Shown here: positions 51,695 through 62,105 of the stretch, piece after piece | Layout of the letters: each line of letters opens with the position of its first letter | Position numbering within the stretch: the first letter of the stretch is position 1 | Origin: Halorutilales archaeon Cl-col2-1 | GTDB lineage: Archaea; Halobacteriota; Halobacteria; Halobacteriales; Afararchaeaceae | DNA: 64,000 bases | Assembly (NCBI GenBank): GCA_041891055.1 | Contig: CP169074.1 | Span: forward strand, 896,001 to 960,000 | Direction: 5' to 3' | Notes under the pieces: generated by a model | The model's input: only the letters and a program-made list of their open reading frames with translations | Told to the model about the DNA's origin: nothing | Databases searched by the model: none | Translations under genes and position numbers: made by a program

Positions 51695-52099
51695 TTAAGA
51701 TCGACATCTGTGGAGGTCGACAGCCTTCCGTATACGGTTGACAAGCATCGCGTGTTCCTGGCTGTCGTTCTGTTTCGACGCGAGATAAGAGACGCCCGAG
51801 TCGATAGCCTCGGGAGCCACGGAGCTGAGGGGCTTGGCTGTTAGAAGAATAAACGGAGCTTCGAAGCCGGCGTCCCTGAGCTCTCCGAGAAGCTCAACCC
51901 CGTTCATACGCGGCATCTCGTAGTTCGAGACTACACAGTCTATACAGCCTGCGTCCTGGGGGCTTCGGGCGAGTTCGAGAGCCTCGTCGGGCGATCTGAC
52001 AGCCGTCGTCTCGAATCCGTGGGACTCCTCTAAGACGGACTTAATCCTCTTCGAGAAGAACTCACTGTCGTCGACTATGAGCACGTGAGTATCCGCCAT
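51695..52099 (-). CDS. Stand-alone receiver domain lacking the phosphoacceptor Asp
   Basis: VLIVDD...DCVVSNYEMPRMNG...PFILLT. Confidence 0.85.
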   Translation of the reverse strand: MADTHVLIVDDSEFFSKRIKSVLEESHGFETTAVRSPDEALELARSPQDAGCIDCVVSNYEMPRMNGVELLGELRDAGFEAPFILLTAKPLSSVAPEAIDSGVSYLASKQNDSQEHAMLVNRIRKAVDLHRCRS

Positions 52100-52350
52100 T
52101 AACTCAAACGTACATTCATACCAGTATAAATCTGTGGAGACACGTCGAAAAAACGTCGAAGGTGAGCAGATCATGGACTGCTTGGTCTGGCTGCACAGGA
52201 CGACGGCGGGCAGTAAACACCGTCTCCGATGTATATGTAGTACTCACACGGTATTAACTAAATTGGTACATTACTCTATACGCAGACGTGGAATTATATG
52301 ACGTCTCCCAAAACCAAAGAAGGTTAAGCCAAAATACCGAAGACTCACCA

Positions 52351-53130
52351 ATGATAGCGACTCTGGGTCCCGAGGGTACCTACTCCCACCGTGCGTCGCT
52401 CGAAATCTGTGACGACATAGTCTTCTACGACAGCGTACACGAGATAGCTGACTCGGTCTCCGCCGGGGACGTCAAAGGAGGTGTCGTGCCTGTCGAGAAC
52501 TCGATTGAGGGAAGCGTCAACACTACTCTCGATGTACTCGCCGACTACGACGTTTACGTCCGCAAGGAGATACTCGTAGAGATCCACCACGCCCTAATAT
52601 CACAGTCGGAGGGGTTCGACGAGATAGCGAGCCATCCACAGGCTCTCGCACAGTGCCGTTCGTTCTTAGAGGCGGAGTACCCAGACGTCCATCTGAGATC
52701 GGTGAGTAGCACCGCGAAGGGGGTCGAGGAAGCCCGGGAGGACTCAGACATCGCTGCGATAGCACATCCCGACCTCGCTTCCGATGGGTTAGAGGTCGTA
52801 GCCGAGGATATACAGGACGTCGCCGCAAACGTCACGAGATTCTTCTATCTCACGACCGAGAGGTACGACGAGGGCGGCAAGACTACGGTAGTCGTATACC
52901 CCGGAAACGACAGACCTGGTCTCCTCTACGACATACTCGGCGTCTTCAAGGAACGCGGTGTCAACCTCACACGTATTGAGTCGCGCCCCTCGAAACGCGA
53001 ACTCGGCGACTACGTCTTCCATATCGACTACGAGGGGGGCTACGATGAGGAGATACTTGAGGGTCTCAACGACAAAGTTGACTGGATAAAGTACCTCGGA
53101 AGCTACGAGACTATGAGGGTCTCTGGGTAG
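52351..53130 (+). CDS. pheA: Prephenate dehydratase
   Basis: LGPEGTYS, PVENSIEG, SHPQALAQC, NVTRF, LTRIESRP. Confidence 0.96.
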   Translation: MIATLGPEGTYSHRASLEICDDIVFYDSVHEIADSVSAGDVKGGVVPVENSIEGSVNTTLDVLADYDVYVRKEILVEIHHALISQSEGFDEIASHPQALAQCRSFLEAEYPDVHLRSVSSTAKGVEEAREDSDIAAIAHPDLASDGLEVVAEDIQDVAANVTRFFYLTTERYDEGGKTTVVVYPGNDRPGLLYDILGVFKERGVNLTRIESRPSKRELGDYVFHIDYEGGYDEEILEGLNDKVDWIKYLGSYETMRVSG

Positions 53131-53134
53131 CAGA

Positions 53135-53782
53135 CTAGATCCTCATCTCGTCCTCGAACCAGTCCCTATAAGTCTTCGCCCTTTCAAGCCTCTCGCGCGC
53201 TATACGTCTCCCCGTCTCGGTCTCGATCCAGCCGAGCGTCTTCTCGCCTCTCTCGATCACCCTGTCTATCATATCGGGAACCTCGGTATGGGATCTCGCC
53301 TCGTAGCCGACACGCATCGACATCATCGTCGCTCCTCCGACTCCTATCTTGTCTATGGCGTCGCTCTCTATGAGTATCTTCGACTCGAGAGGAAGATTGG
53401 ACTCCATGTCGCCTATGTGGTCGAGAATCGTGCGTCGGACGTCGTCTATGAAGGCGTCGGAGTACCCCCTCTTGTCGAGGTACTCCTCGGCTATGTCGGC
53501 ACCCTCGTCGGCGTGGTCTTCCTGGTCAGCTTCGAACTTCGCAACGTCGTGGAAGAGTGTCGCAACCTTGACTACGTCGACGTCGGCGCCCTCCTCACGT
53601 CCTATCCTCTCAGCGAGTCCGAAGGCTCCCATTATGTGGTCGAACCTGTAACGTGGCGAGTGCCAAGGATACCATCTCATCCGGTCTCCGTCGGTGTCGA
53701 CGGTGTCCTGGAGATGTGACCTCACGAACTCCTCCATCTCGCGGAAGTCGTCACGGTCTATCTCCTCGGCTGCCGTCCCCAT
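53135..53782 (-). CDS. HD domain phosphohydrolase
   Basis: H...FHDVAK...DH...H...DAID. Confidence 0.88.
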   Translation of the reverse strand: MGTAAEEIDRDDFREMEEFVRSHLQDTVDTDGDRMRWYPWHSPRYRFDHIMGAFGLAERIGREEGADVDVVKVATLFHDVAKFEADQEDHADEGADIAEEYLDKRGYSDAFIDDVRRTILDHIGDMESNLPLESKILIESDAIDKIGVGGATMMSMRVGYEARSHTEVPDMIDRVIERGEKTLGWIETETGRRIARERLERAKTYRDWFEDEMRI

Positions 53783-53881
53783 CTATCCACCTCCCGTGAG
53801 GTCTTTTCGAGTTCGGGATGAACCGTATTCGTTTTCATGTTCTTAAATAAAACCCCAGATTAATTAGAATTCGGGGTCGAG

Positions 53882-54997
53882 TCAGTCGCCGACTTGTTTT
53901 CTGCCGCCGAGTCTGTCAGGATGTACCTCGCCCGCGCGTATGAGGAAGTCGACTGTGACGAGTGCCATCATCGCCTCGACAACGGGGACGGCTCTCGGAG
54001 GTATGACGGGGTCGTGTCTTCCCGTCACCGAGATCGGAACGTCGTCCTCACCCGTCTCCCAGTCGACTGTGTGCTGTTCCTTGGGTATCGAAGACGGCGC
54101 CCGGAATGAGACCTCGCATCTCACGGGCATTCCGTTAGTGATTCCGCCTAAGACTCCTCCGGCGTTGTTAGTCTCGGTGACTATCTCGTCGTCTTCGTAG
54201 ACCCACTCGTCGTTTAGCTCGTACCCCGTCATCTCTGTGACACGTTTACCGACGCCTATCTCGAAGGCGGTCGATGCGTTTATACTCATCATAGCCTTCG
54301 CGAGAACCGACTCGAACTTGTCGTAGATCGGCTCGCCGAGTCCCTTGGGGACGCCGGTGGCGTAACACTCGACGCTCCCGCCTATCGAGTCGCCGCTCTC
54401 CTTGTAGTCGAGTATGAGATCCTGCATCTCGTCAGCCTTGTCGGGGTCGGCACATCTCACGTCGTTTGACTCGGAGTTCTCGATGATCTCCTCGAACGAC
54501 GCCTCCGCACGTACGTCGCCTATCTGGTTGACGTGTGCCTTGATCTGAATCCCCTTGTCGTCGAGTATCTTCTTGGCTATCCCCGCGGCGGCGACCCTGC
54601 ATGCCGTCTCGCGCGCGCTCGAACGTCCCCCTCCTCTCCAGTCACGTGTGCCGTGTTTCGCCTCGTAGGTGAAGTCGGCGTGTCCGGGGCGCGGCTTCGT
54701 GATGAAGTCCTCGTACTTCGAGGAGTCGGAGTCCTTGTTCCAGATAATCATAGAGATAGGAGTCCCCTGTGTCTCGCCGTCGAAGACACCCGAGAGTATC
54801 TCGACTTTGTCCGCCTCACCGCGCGATGTCGAGACGTCGCTCTGTCCCGGCTTCCGTCTGTCGAGGTCTTTCTGTATCTCCTCCTCAGAGAGCTCTATCC
54901 CCGCGGGACAGCCATCGACGACTACTCCTATCGCCTCGCCGTGGGACTCGCCCCACGTCGTAATCTTGAACTCATCTCCGAAGCTGTTTCCGTTCAT
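53882..54997 (-). CDS. aroC: Chorismate synthase
   Basis: GESHG, RPGHAD, GGGRSSARET, GRHDP. Confidence 0.97.
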   Translation of the reverse strand: MNGNSFGDEFKITTWGESHGEAIGVVVDGCPAGIELSEEEIQKDLDRRKPGQSDVSTSRGEADKVEILSGVFDGETQGTPISMIIWNKDSDSSKYEDFITKPRPGHADFTYEAKHGTRDWRGGGRSSARETACRVAAAGIAKKILDDKGIQIKAHVNQIGDVRAEASFEEIIENSESNDVRCADPDKADEMQDLILDYKESGDSIGGSVECYATGVPKGLGEPIYDKFESVLAKAMMSINASTAFEIGVGKRVTEMTGYELNDEWVYEDDEIVTETNNAGGVLGGITNGMPVRCEVSFRAPSSIPKEQHTVDWETGEDDVPISVTGRHDPVIPPRAVPVVEAMMALVTVDFLIRAGEVHPDRLGGRKQVGD

Positions 54998-55139
54998 CTT
55001 GTCCTAAGATTACGTGGAGATGCCATAAATATCGGGTATGTCACCGCGAACAACGGGAATGTCTGTCGGTGTCTGTCGGAGACGTAGTATTGTGGGAAAT
55101 CCCCAAAACATTAAGTTAGATCACGGCATATCCACGAAT

Positions 55140-55586
55140 ATGAGCCAGCACGAAGACTCAAAGAGTTCTCGGGATGAGAAAGAGAAGATCCGTGAGAAGA
55201 AGATGAAAGAGATGATGGGCGAAGGCTCCGACGAGACCGGCGAGACGCCCGACGAGACCGGCGAGACGCCCGACGAGCCCGTACACGTACACAGTGCCGC
55301 GGAGCTCGACGACCTTGTCACGACACACGACGTCGTATTCGTCGACTTCTACGCCGACTGGTGTGGGCCGTGCCAGATGCTCGAACCCGTAGTCGAGTCG
55401 CTAGCCGCCTCTACAGACGCCGCAGTCGCGAAGGTCGACATAGACGAACAGCAGGAGCTAGCGATGAAGTACCGTGTCCAGAGCGTCCCGACGATGTACC
55501 TCTTCTCGGGAGGCGAGCCCGTAGAACAGGTCATGGGAGTACAGCAGGAGAGTCAGCTCAGGTCGCTGATACAGCAGTACACTTGA
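55140..55586 (+). CDS. trxA: Thioredoxin
   Basis: WCGPC; 21-bp tandem duplication (DETGETP x2) in N-terminal extension. Confidence 0.93.
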   Translation: MSQHEDSKSSRDEKEKIREKKMKEMMGEGSDETGETPDETGETPDEPVHVHSAAELDDLVTTHDVVFVDFYADWCGPCQMLEPVVESLAASTDAAVAKVDIDEQQELAMKYRVQSVPTMYLFSGGEPVEQVMGVQQESQLRSLIQQYT

Positions 55587-55607
55587 GATGAGATAGAGTA
55601 GAGTGGC

Positions 55608-55979
55608 GTGAACTACCCCGACCTACAGCGTTCGGCTTACGCCTCACTTGTTGAGGTCGGGGCTTCCAGCGAAGTTTCCTTCAGAGTCTGACCAGATTCA
55701 AGGCAGAGAGACTTATTCGCTGTGGGATGTCCACGACCCGCTCTAGACTCTCTTTCCCAAACGGCTTGTTCGGGAGGTTGAGCTTACCTGTCAAACATGG
55801 CAAAACGACAAGAACCGGATGGTTGTTGCCGTCTGCTTTGAGGGTTTGAGTTAGTTCCACGTTTGACAAGTTAACATACGTTATATTATAGTATTAGATT
55901 TGTGGTTGTCGGGCGTATCCCCTCCCTACTCATCTGCTAAAGCAGATTCCTTGACGAAGGGGCCTTACCCTCGATTTGG
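55608..55979 (-). mobile_element. Internally deleted IS200/IS605 element (ends, tnpB N-terminal stub and omega-RNA region)
   Basis: Minus-strand right end GAAG-CCCCGACCT...AGGTCGGGG-TAGTTCAC; left end GGGTAAGGCCCC...GGGGATACGCCCGAC; stub VELTQTLK. Confidence 0.75.
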
Positions 55980-56029
55980 ATAAATGGCGTAGACAACAGA
56001 TTGAATAAGACTAAGCTTTTATCTATTCC

Positions 56030-57061
56030 ATGGCAGACACAGACTCTTCGGAAGTACGTGACGTAGTCATAGCGGGATCGGGAATGGCGGGTTCGACAGC
56101 CGCGATATACGCCGCGCGCGCCGACCTCAATCCTCTCGTCTTAGAGGGCGACGAGCCCGGCGGTCAGCTTACTCTTACGACTGACGTCGAGAACTTCCCC
56201 GGCTTCCCCGAGGGGGTCGGAGGCTTCGAACTCGTCGACAACTGTAAGGAGCAGGCGTCTAAGTTCGGCGCAGAGTACAGGTCGTCGTCTGTCGTAGACG
56301 TCGACCTCGACGAGAGACCCTACACAGTGGAGCTCGACGACGGCGACGTCGTGGAGACGCGTTCTTTCGTGGTTGCCTCGGGCGCGAGCGCGAGATGGGT
56401 GGGTGCGGAGAACGAGGACGAGATGATGGGACACGGACTCTCGACGTGTGCGACGTGTGACGCCGCCTTCCACAGGGACGACGTCGTCCTCGTCGTGGGA
56501 GGAGGCGACTCGGCGATGGAGGAGGCGCTCTTCCTCACGAAGTTCGCGAAGGAGGTCGCTATCGTCCACAGACGTGACGAGCTACGTGCCTCGGAGATAA
56601 TGAAGGAGAGGGCGATCGACAACGACGATATACATTTCCTCTGGAACACCGAACTAGTCGAGATAGAGGGAAGCCCCGACGAGGGGGTCACCGGAGCGAA
56701 GCTAGTGAAACACCCCGACGGCTACCCGAAGGAGAAGTACGAGGAGGGCAGCGATGAGGTCGAGGAGATAGACTTCGACTGCCAGGGCATATTCTACGCG
56801 ATAGGACACACTCCCAACACCGACTATCTCGAAGGAACAGACGTCGAGCTAGACGAAGACGGCTACGTCGAGTCGCTCGAAGGCAACACCTCGGAGACAG
56901 GAGTCGAGGGAGTCTTCGTCGCGGGTGACGTCTCTGACAGGAAGTACCAGCAGGCTATAACCGCCGCCGGAATGGGATGTATGGCAGCGATGGACGCAGA
57001 GGAGTACATCGAGGAGATAGAGGACGAAGAGAGAAGAGAAGCAGAGACTGCGGCTGACTGA
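56030..57061 (+). CDS. trxB: Thioredoxin reductase
   Basis: GGQL..T..VENFPGF, CATCD, GGGDSAMEEA, HRRDELRA. Confidence 0.95.
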   Translation: MADTDSSEVRDVVIAGSGMAGSTAAIYAARADLNPLVLEGDEPGGQLTLTTDVENFPGFPEGVGGFELVDNCKEQASKFGAEYRSSSVVDVDLDERPYTVELDDGDVVETRSFVVASGASARWVGAENEDEMMGHGLSTCATCDAAFHRDDVVLVVGGGDSAMEEALFLTKFAKEVAIVHRRDELRASEIMKERAIDNDDIHFLWNTELVEIEGSPDEGVTGAKLVKHPDGYPKEKYEEGSDEVEEIDFDCQGIFYAIGHTPNTDYLEGTDVELDEDGYVESLEGNTSETGVEGVFVAGDVSDRKYQQAITAAGMGCMAAMDAEEYIEEIEDEERREAETAAD

Positions 57062-57067
57062 CTAAGA

Positions 57068-57808
57068 CTAAGCTATCTCCCTACTCGTCTCGACTGTTAT
57101 CCTCTCTCCTATGTCGAGCTTTATAGTCTCATCGGGTGGGACTCCGTCGCGTATCTTGGTGACGGCGAGTCTATTTTCTATCTTATCACCCTCGGGATCT
57201 ATCATGAGGTAGAAGACTACGTCTGAGACCCCGAGGACGTACTCCTCGTCGCGCGTCAGAGGACGGTCTCCCTTCGTAATATGGAGACATGCGATACCCG
57301 AGGATGCGTGGGTGACCTCGTGTATCCGTCTCAGGGAAGTCTTGTACTCGTTCTGTTTCTGTCTGACGTACTCCGAGAAGGAGTCGAAGACGACGTTCTG
57401 TGGCTCGTCGGTGTCGAGACTATCCAAGCCGTCGAGGATATCCTGAGTCGTAGTTGTAGTTGTAGTCGTAGTCGTGTCGGTTTGGGTTCTGTCGGAGTCA
57501 CGATCCTCGGAGTCCTGGATTCCGACCTCAACGACGTTCAACGTCTCTTCGGACTCCAACTCGTCTTGATCCTCATCGTCTAGGTACTCTCCGACGCTAC
57601 CCGAGTCGAGCTCTCCGATGGATCGGACTATGCTCTCGGACGGACGTGAGTTGGTAAAGTAGAGAGTCGGTCGCGTGAGTGCGAGCTGTTCGAGGAAGAG
57701 CTCCCCCATACTCATGGGATGTGAGACGAGAGAGATTACGCTCCCCTCCGGGACGCCGCCGTCGAGACGTGAGTCGAGAATACTGATTCCTGTGTTGAGA
57801 CTAGACAT
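57068..57808 (-). CDS. RAD55/KaiC-like ATPase domain, probably inactive
   Basis: TGISILDSRLDGGVP.G; Walker A degenerate (HPMSMGE); VVFDS; poly-Thr linker. Confidence 0.82.
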   Translation of the reverse strand: MSSLNTGISILDSRLDGGVPEGSVISLVSHPMSMGELFLEQLALTRPTLYFTNSRPSESIVRSIGELDSGSVGEYLDDEDQDELESEETLNVVEVGIQDSEDRDSDRTQTDTTTTTTTTTTQDILDGLDSLDTDEPQNVVFDSFSEYVRQKQNEYKTSLRRIHEVTHASSGIACLHITKGDRPLTRDEEYVLGVSDVVFYLMIDPEGDKIENRLAVTKIRDGVPPDETIKLDIGERITVETSREIA

Positions 57809-57809
57809 G

Positions 57810-59888
57810 TTACATGAATATGAAGACGCCGAGAGCAATGAGTGTTAGCACTATGCTGTACTTGAAGCCGCTGTATATACTGTTCTCACCCATCTGTCCC
57901 GCGAGGAGACCGCTCGAAAATGCCTGTATGATAGCTGAATGGAAGAGAACCATACGGTAGGTGTCGAGTGGTATCTCCTCGAAGCTCAACGCACCTCCTC
58001 CCGCCTGGCTCAGTCCCTCGGCTCCCGAGGTCGATTCGGCGATGTTAGTGAGGAATGTGTTGTCGAGTATGACGACGACGAAGAGGAAGACGAGAAAGCT
58101 GATAATTATGATAACGACGTAGATTATCATGTTCTGGAATCGCTCGCGGTCGAGCTTGTAGGCACTCTCGACATCTCTCGCCGCGACCTCAAGGACATCG
58201 CCTATGTCCCCGCTCGACTCGTTCGCCTTTGTGATGAGCTTCACAGTCCGAGAAAGACGCGGAATCTCCATCCGGTTAGCGAACCGTATGAAAGAGTCGT
58301 TGAGATCGGCGTCCCACTCTATCTCGGTGTAGACCTTCTCGAACTCATTGGCGAGAACACCGGTCGAAGTCTCGTAGACCATCTGAAGGCTCTCGGTGAG
58401 TGTCATCCCCGTCTCGTTCGCGCCAGAGAGCTTCTTGAGTGTGTCGGGAAGCTCCCTCAGAACCTTCCTCCTACGTCTCATCTTTAGCTCGTGGAAGAGC
58501 GACAGGGGGAAAGAGACTGTGAGCGCCGGGATTACGAAGAGGGTCGCTGTATTCCAGATAGGACGGCTCTTGAGAGCCGAGAAGGTCGGGGTTGAGACCC
58601 CCGTGAGGACGAAAGCCGCGAATACGGCGACTGCGACGGGAGCCGTCACGACGACTGTGAGGATCGGCTGTCTCTTGACAGACGAGAGGGGGTTCCTGAG
58701 GAACTTCTTGACCCGTTCCTTCTTCTTCGCTCTCTTGAGTGACTTATATCTCGGGTCATCGGCGAGCTTCTCTCCGTCATCTGTCTCCCTGTCAGCCCAG
58801 TCCTCTATCTCGAACTCGTCGAACTCGGTCTTGAGCTTGCTACTCGACTGCTCACCCCCCGTAGAGAGTATGTCAATCACGAAGGCGAATCCGAGACTTC
58901 CGAGTGGTATCACTAGGTAGACGATGGCGTATATCTGTGTCAGACTCGCTCCGCCGAGGACGCTCATAATGACTGTGATGATTATGATGAAGAGTGGACC
59001 CGCGACGAAGGCTGTGACGTACGACTCGGCTATGAGAGCGAGTGTGTCGAGGAATCCCTTCTGCTCCTGTCTCGCGCGTTCGAGATACTGTTCACTCTTC
59101 TGGAGTAGGAAAGGGGTTATGTCACCTCCCGAGTCGACTATGCCGAGGAGGTCGTCGAGGAAGTCCTCCATGCTATCGCTCGGCGTGGTCTCGCTCGCGT
59201 TACGGAGCGCGAGACGCAGGTCGCTCCCGAAGTACTCCATGTCGTTGAGTATCATCTTGAACTCGTTCGAGACCTCTCCGTAGGCGTCGTCGGCGTTTGC
59301 GATAGCCTCTATGACCTCGACTATATTCATGCCTCCACGTGACAGGGCGTACATGAAGGTGACTGCATGAGGAAGCGTCGTGTTGATCTCCCTCTTGCGC
59401 TCCCCGGCGTGAAAGCTGGGTATGTAGTAGAGGACGGCACCCGCTATCACTCCGAAGAAGACCGAGAGGACGACAGCAGAGAAGACTCCGGTCAGTACCG
59501 TCTTGTTGTTCTCTATGAAGACTGCGACGTTCGGCGGCACCGTCACACCGAGGGTATACTGGGAGAATATACCGAGTGACGCGAGGATGTACGTAACACC
59601 GATGCCGAGACCCGCACCGAGGAGTCCGAGGAGGACTGAGTAGAAGGCAACCCGCGAGAGATACATGTCGTATCCGACCTCCATCTTCGCCTGATGTAGC
59701 TTCTTACGCAGGTCAGCGTAACTGTCCTCGCGCCTCTGGAAGTAGTCGCCGAAGATACGGTAGGCTATTCTGTCGACGAACCTCACGGCTCGGGTGGCTA
59801 AGTCAGTGTCGTCGGGTTCGGTTCCGGGACTGAGGTCGCCGGGTTTGTCGTCTGCTTCGGAACCCTGTGGCTGTGTCTGGTTCGACAT
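57810..59888 (-). CDS. pilC: Type IV pilus membrane platform protein (two T2SSF domains)
   Basis: LPHAVTFMYALSRGG, AESYVT, LPDTLKKL..ANETG. Confidence 0.9.
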   Translation of the reverse strand: MSNQTQPQGSEADDKPGDLSPGTEPDDTDLATRAVRFVDRIAYRIFGDYFQRREDSYADLRKKLHQAKMEVGYDMYLSRVAFYSVLLGLLGAGLGIGVTYILASLGIFSQYTLGVTVPPNVAVFIENNKTVLTGVFSAVVLSVFFGVIAGAVLYYIPSFHAGERKREINTTLPHAVTFMYALSRGGMNIVEVIEAIANADDAYGEVSNEFKMILNDMEYFGSDLRLALRNASETTPSDSMEDFLDDLLGIVDSGGDITPFLLQKSEQYLERARQEQKGFLDTLALIAESYVTAFVAGPLFIIIITVIMSVLGGASLTQIYAIVYLVIPLGSLGFAFVIDILSTGGEQSSSKLKTEFDEFEIEDWADRETDDGEKLADDPRYKSLKRAKKKERVKKFLRNPLSSVKRQPILTVVVTAPVAVAVFAAFVLTGVSTPTFSALKSRPIWNTATLFVIPALTVSFPLSLFHELKMRRRRKVLRELPDTLKKLSGANETGMTLTESLQMVYETSTGVLANEFEKVYTEIEWDADLNDSFIRFANRMEIPRLSRTVKLITKANESSGDIGDVLEVAARDVESAYKLDRERFQNMIIYVVIIIISFLVFLFVVVILDNTFLTNIAESTSGAEGLSQAGGGALSFEEIPLDTYRMVLFHSAIIQAFSSGLLAGQMGENSIYSGFKYSIVLTLIALGVFIFM

Positions 59889-59894
59889 GGTTTA

Positions 59895-62027
59895 TCAGAC
59901 GTCTACGGAGGCTCTCTCTTCGAGCGATTCGACGTCTAGCTCACCCTCACGTATACGTTCTATTATCTTCTCGGGATCTGTCATGAATGTCTGTATCGTG
60001 CGTGAGACCTCGCGGTAGTCGGTTATGTCGTTGTCGACGAGGTACTCCAGAACCTCACGTCGCATGTCGATCTGATGTTCGAGCTCCTCGTCGCTCCAGC
60101 CTCTCGACCGTTTTATCTCCTCTAAGGCGGTCGACTGTCCCGTCCGCATGAACGAGTCAGACTCGGCGTCCCACTGGAATATGTCGTTCGTACGTATGTT
60201 CTGTGTCTTGGGGTCGATACCGATTATCTCGACGAGCTTCATGTTACGTCTGACCCTCTTTCCGCCGACGAATGTCTGTGACTGTATCGAGACTATGTCG
60301 AGTGCCTTGAGCATCGACCTCGGGACGCTTATAGGCGGGTTTTCGAGACGGTGTATCGCGGCGTCGACCGAGTCGGCATGCATAGTCGAGTAGGTCGTGT
60401 GCCCCGTAGACATCGCCTGGAAGAGCGTGAGAGCCTCCTCACCACGTACCTCTCCGACTATGAGGTACTCGGGGCGCTGTCTCAGGGCGGCGCGGAGAAG
60501 CTCGTACATGTTTATCTCTCCCGTGTCATCCTCCGAGAACGACTCTCTCGTGACACTCGGAATCCAGTTGGTGTGAGGGAGAGTAATCTCACGCGTGTCC
60601 TCTATCGAGACGACCTTACTCTTAGGAGGTATGAAGAGCGAGACGGCGTTCATGCTCGTCGTCTTACCACTCGCCGTACCTCCCGCGAAGATCAGCGACT
60701 TGTTATTCTCGATACAGATCCAGAGGTACGCCATCTCCTCGAGTGAGAAGGTGTCCCAGTTGAGGAGATCTATCGGTGTAAAGGGTATCTCGTTGAACTT
60801 ACGTATCGTGAAGGTCGATCCACGCGAGGTTATCTCACTTCCGAGTGTAAGCTGTATACGTGATCCGTCGGGCATGCTCGCGTCGACCATCGGGTTGGCT
60901 ACCGAGACGTGCTTTCCGCTCCTCTGTGCGAGCTTGATAACGAACGAGTCTAGCTCGTCCTTCTCGAACTCGACGTTTGTCATCAGGTCGCGGTAGTCAC
61001 GGTGGTAGACGAAGACAGGAACCCCGACGCCGTCGCACGATATGTCCTCTATGTCGGGGTCACGCATTATGGGGTCTATCTTGCCGTCGTGTATGTAGTC
61101 GCGCTTGAGGTAGTAGAGTATCTTAGAGAGTGAGCCGTCGTCGATGTCGATTCCGTAGGTGTCGATTATCTTCCTCGTCCTCCTCTCTATAACAGTTTCC
61201 TTGTCCTCAGACTCGTGGGTATCCTCGTGCATGAGGACGTCGCGGAGACGCTGTTTGATATCCTCCCTCACCGTCCTCTCGAACTCGTCGAGACTCGGCT
61301 CCGAGATATGGTAACGGAAGTCGTTCTCCTCGTCGTTGTAGAGTATCGAGATATATGCGTAGGGCTTGTTGACCCAGTACCTCTCGTACTCCTCATAGCC
61401 TTCGAGACCCTCAAACTCGGCTATGTTACTCTTAGCCGCATTGAGGAGCGAGGAGACCTCCTCGTCGGAGAACGCCTCGGATACCTCCTCCGAGTCGAAG
61501 AAGTCCCTGACGTCCTCGACCATCTTCTCGGGCTCGATGCTCTCCTTCTGAACCTGTGTCGGCATCTCGCTCATCACCTGAGGCTCTCCGTCGTCCTCGT
61601 CCTGGATCACATCATCCAGATCCATCTCGTCAGTACTATCCATGTTGTCCACGTCAGCGTCCATGCCGACATCGCCTGAGTCGAGTACGTCGCGTTTCTT
61701 TATCTCGGAGGACTCGTCGGACTCTGCCCCGTCGTCTTGGTGACCCGCTTCGTCGGGCTCGTCACGGCTGATGCCCATTCTCTCTTCGACCTCTTCCTCT
61801 ATGTCATCGGGTATTAGGTCGCTCGGGTCGGTGTCGTCGACCCCGAAGTCGGATACGCCGGTCTCTCCGTCGTGTGTCTCGTCGTCGGAGTCACCGTCAC
61901 CGTCGACATCGGAGACGTCCGGCTCCTCACGTGAGTCCGTGTCTCCGCCCCTGTGTCGGTCGCTTTGGCTGTCACTCTCCTCTTCTACATCGTCGCTGTC
62001 CCTGTTCTTATCGCCCTTTCCGTCCAA
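59895..62027 (-). CDS. pilB: Type IV pilus assembly ATPase with long acidic N-terminus (start uncertain)
   Basis: GGTASGKTT, SIEDTREI, LRQRPEYLIVGEVRG, TGH...TMHA. Confidence 0.93.
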   Translation of the reverse strand: MDGKGDKNRDSDDVEEESDSQSDRHRGGDTDSREEPDVSDVDGDGDSDDETHDGETGVSDFGVDDTDPSDLIPDDIEEEVEERMGISRDEPDEAGHQDDGAESDESSEIKKRDVLDSGDVGMDADVDNMDSTDEMDLDDVIQDEDDGEPQVMSEMPTQVQKESIEPEKMVEDVRDFFDSEEVSEAFSDEEVSSLLNAAKSNIAEFEGLEGYEEYERYWVNKPYAYISILYNDEENDFRYHISEPSLDEFERTVREDIKQRLRDVLMHEDTHESEDKETVIERRTRKIIDTYGIDIDDGSLSKILYYLKRDYIHDGKIDPIMRDPDIEDISCDGVGVPVFVYHRDYRDLMTNVEFEKDELDSFVIKLAQRSGKHVSVANPMVDASMPDGSRIQLTLGSEITSRGSTFTIRKFNEIPFTPIDLLNWDTFSLEEMAYLWICIENNKSLIFAGGTASGKTTSMNAVSLFIPPKSKVVSIEDTREITLPHTNWIPSVTRESFSEDDTGEINMYELLRAALRQRPEYLIVGEVRGEEALTLFQAMSTGHTTYSTMHADSVDAAIHRLENPPISVPRSMLKALDIVSIQSQTFVGGKRVRRNMKLVEIIGIDPKTQNIRTNDIFQWDAESDSFMRTGQSTALEEIKRSRGWSDEELEHQIDMRREVLEYLVDNDITDYREVSRTIQTFMTDPEKIIERIREGELDVESLEERASVDV

Positions 62028-62105
62028 AAGGATTCACCCAGAACTGGAAGTAGTATTGGTATCAGACGACATAAGTGTTGGGGGGACATGCTGGGAAACT
62101 CTTTA

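Noticed and set aside
55608-55810. HEARO/IscB-type omega-RNA on the + strand (GTGAACTACCCC start)
   Set aside because: The same sequence is the reverse complement of a TnpB-type right end, a tnpB-like stub and promoter lie on the minus strand, and no IscB ORF follows.
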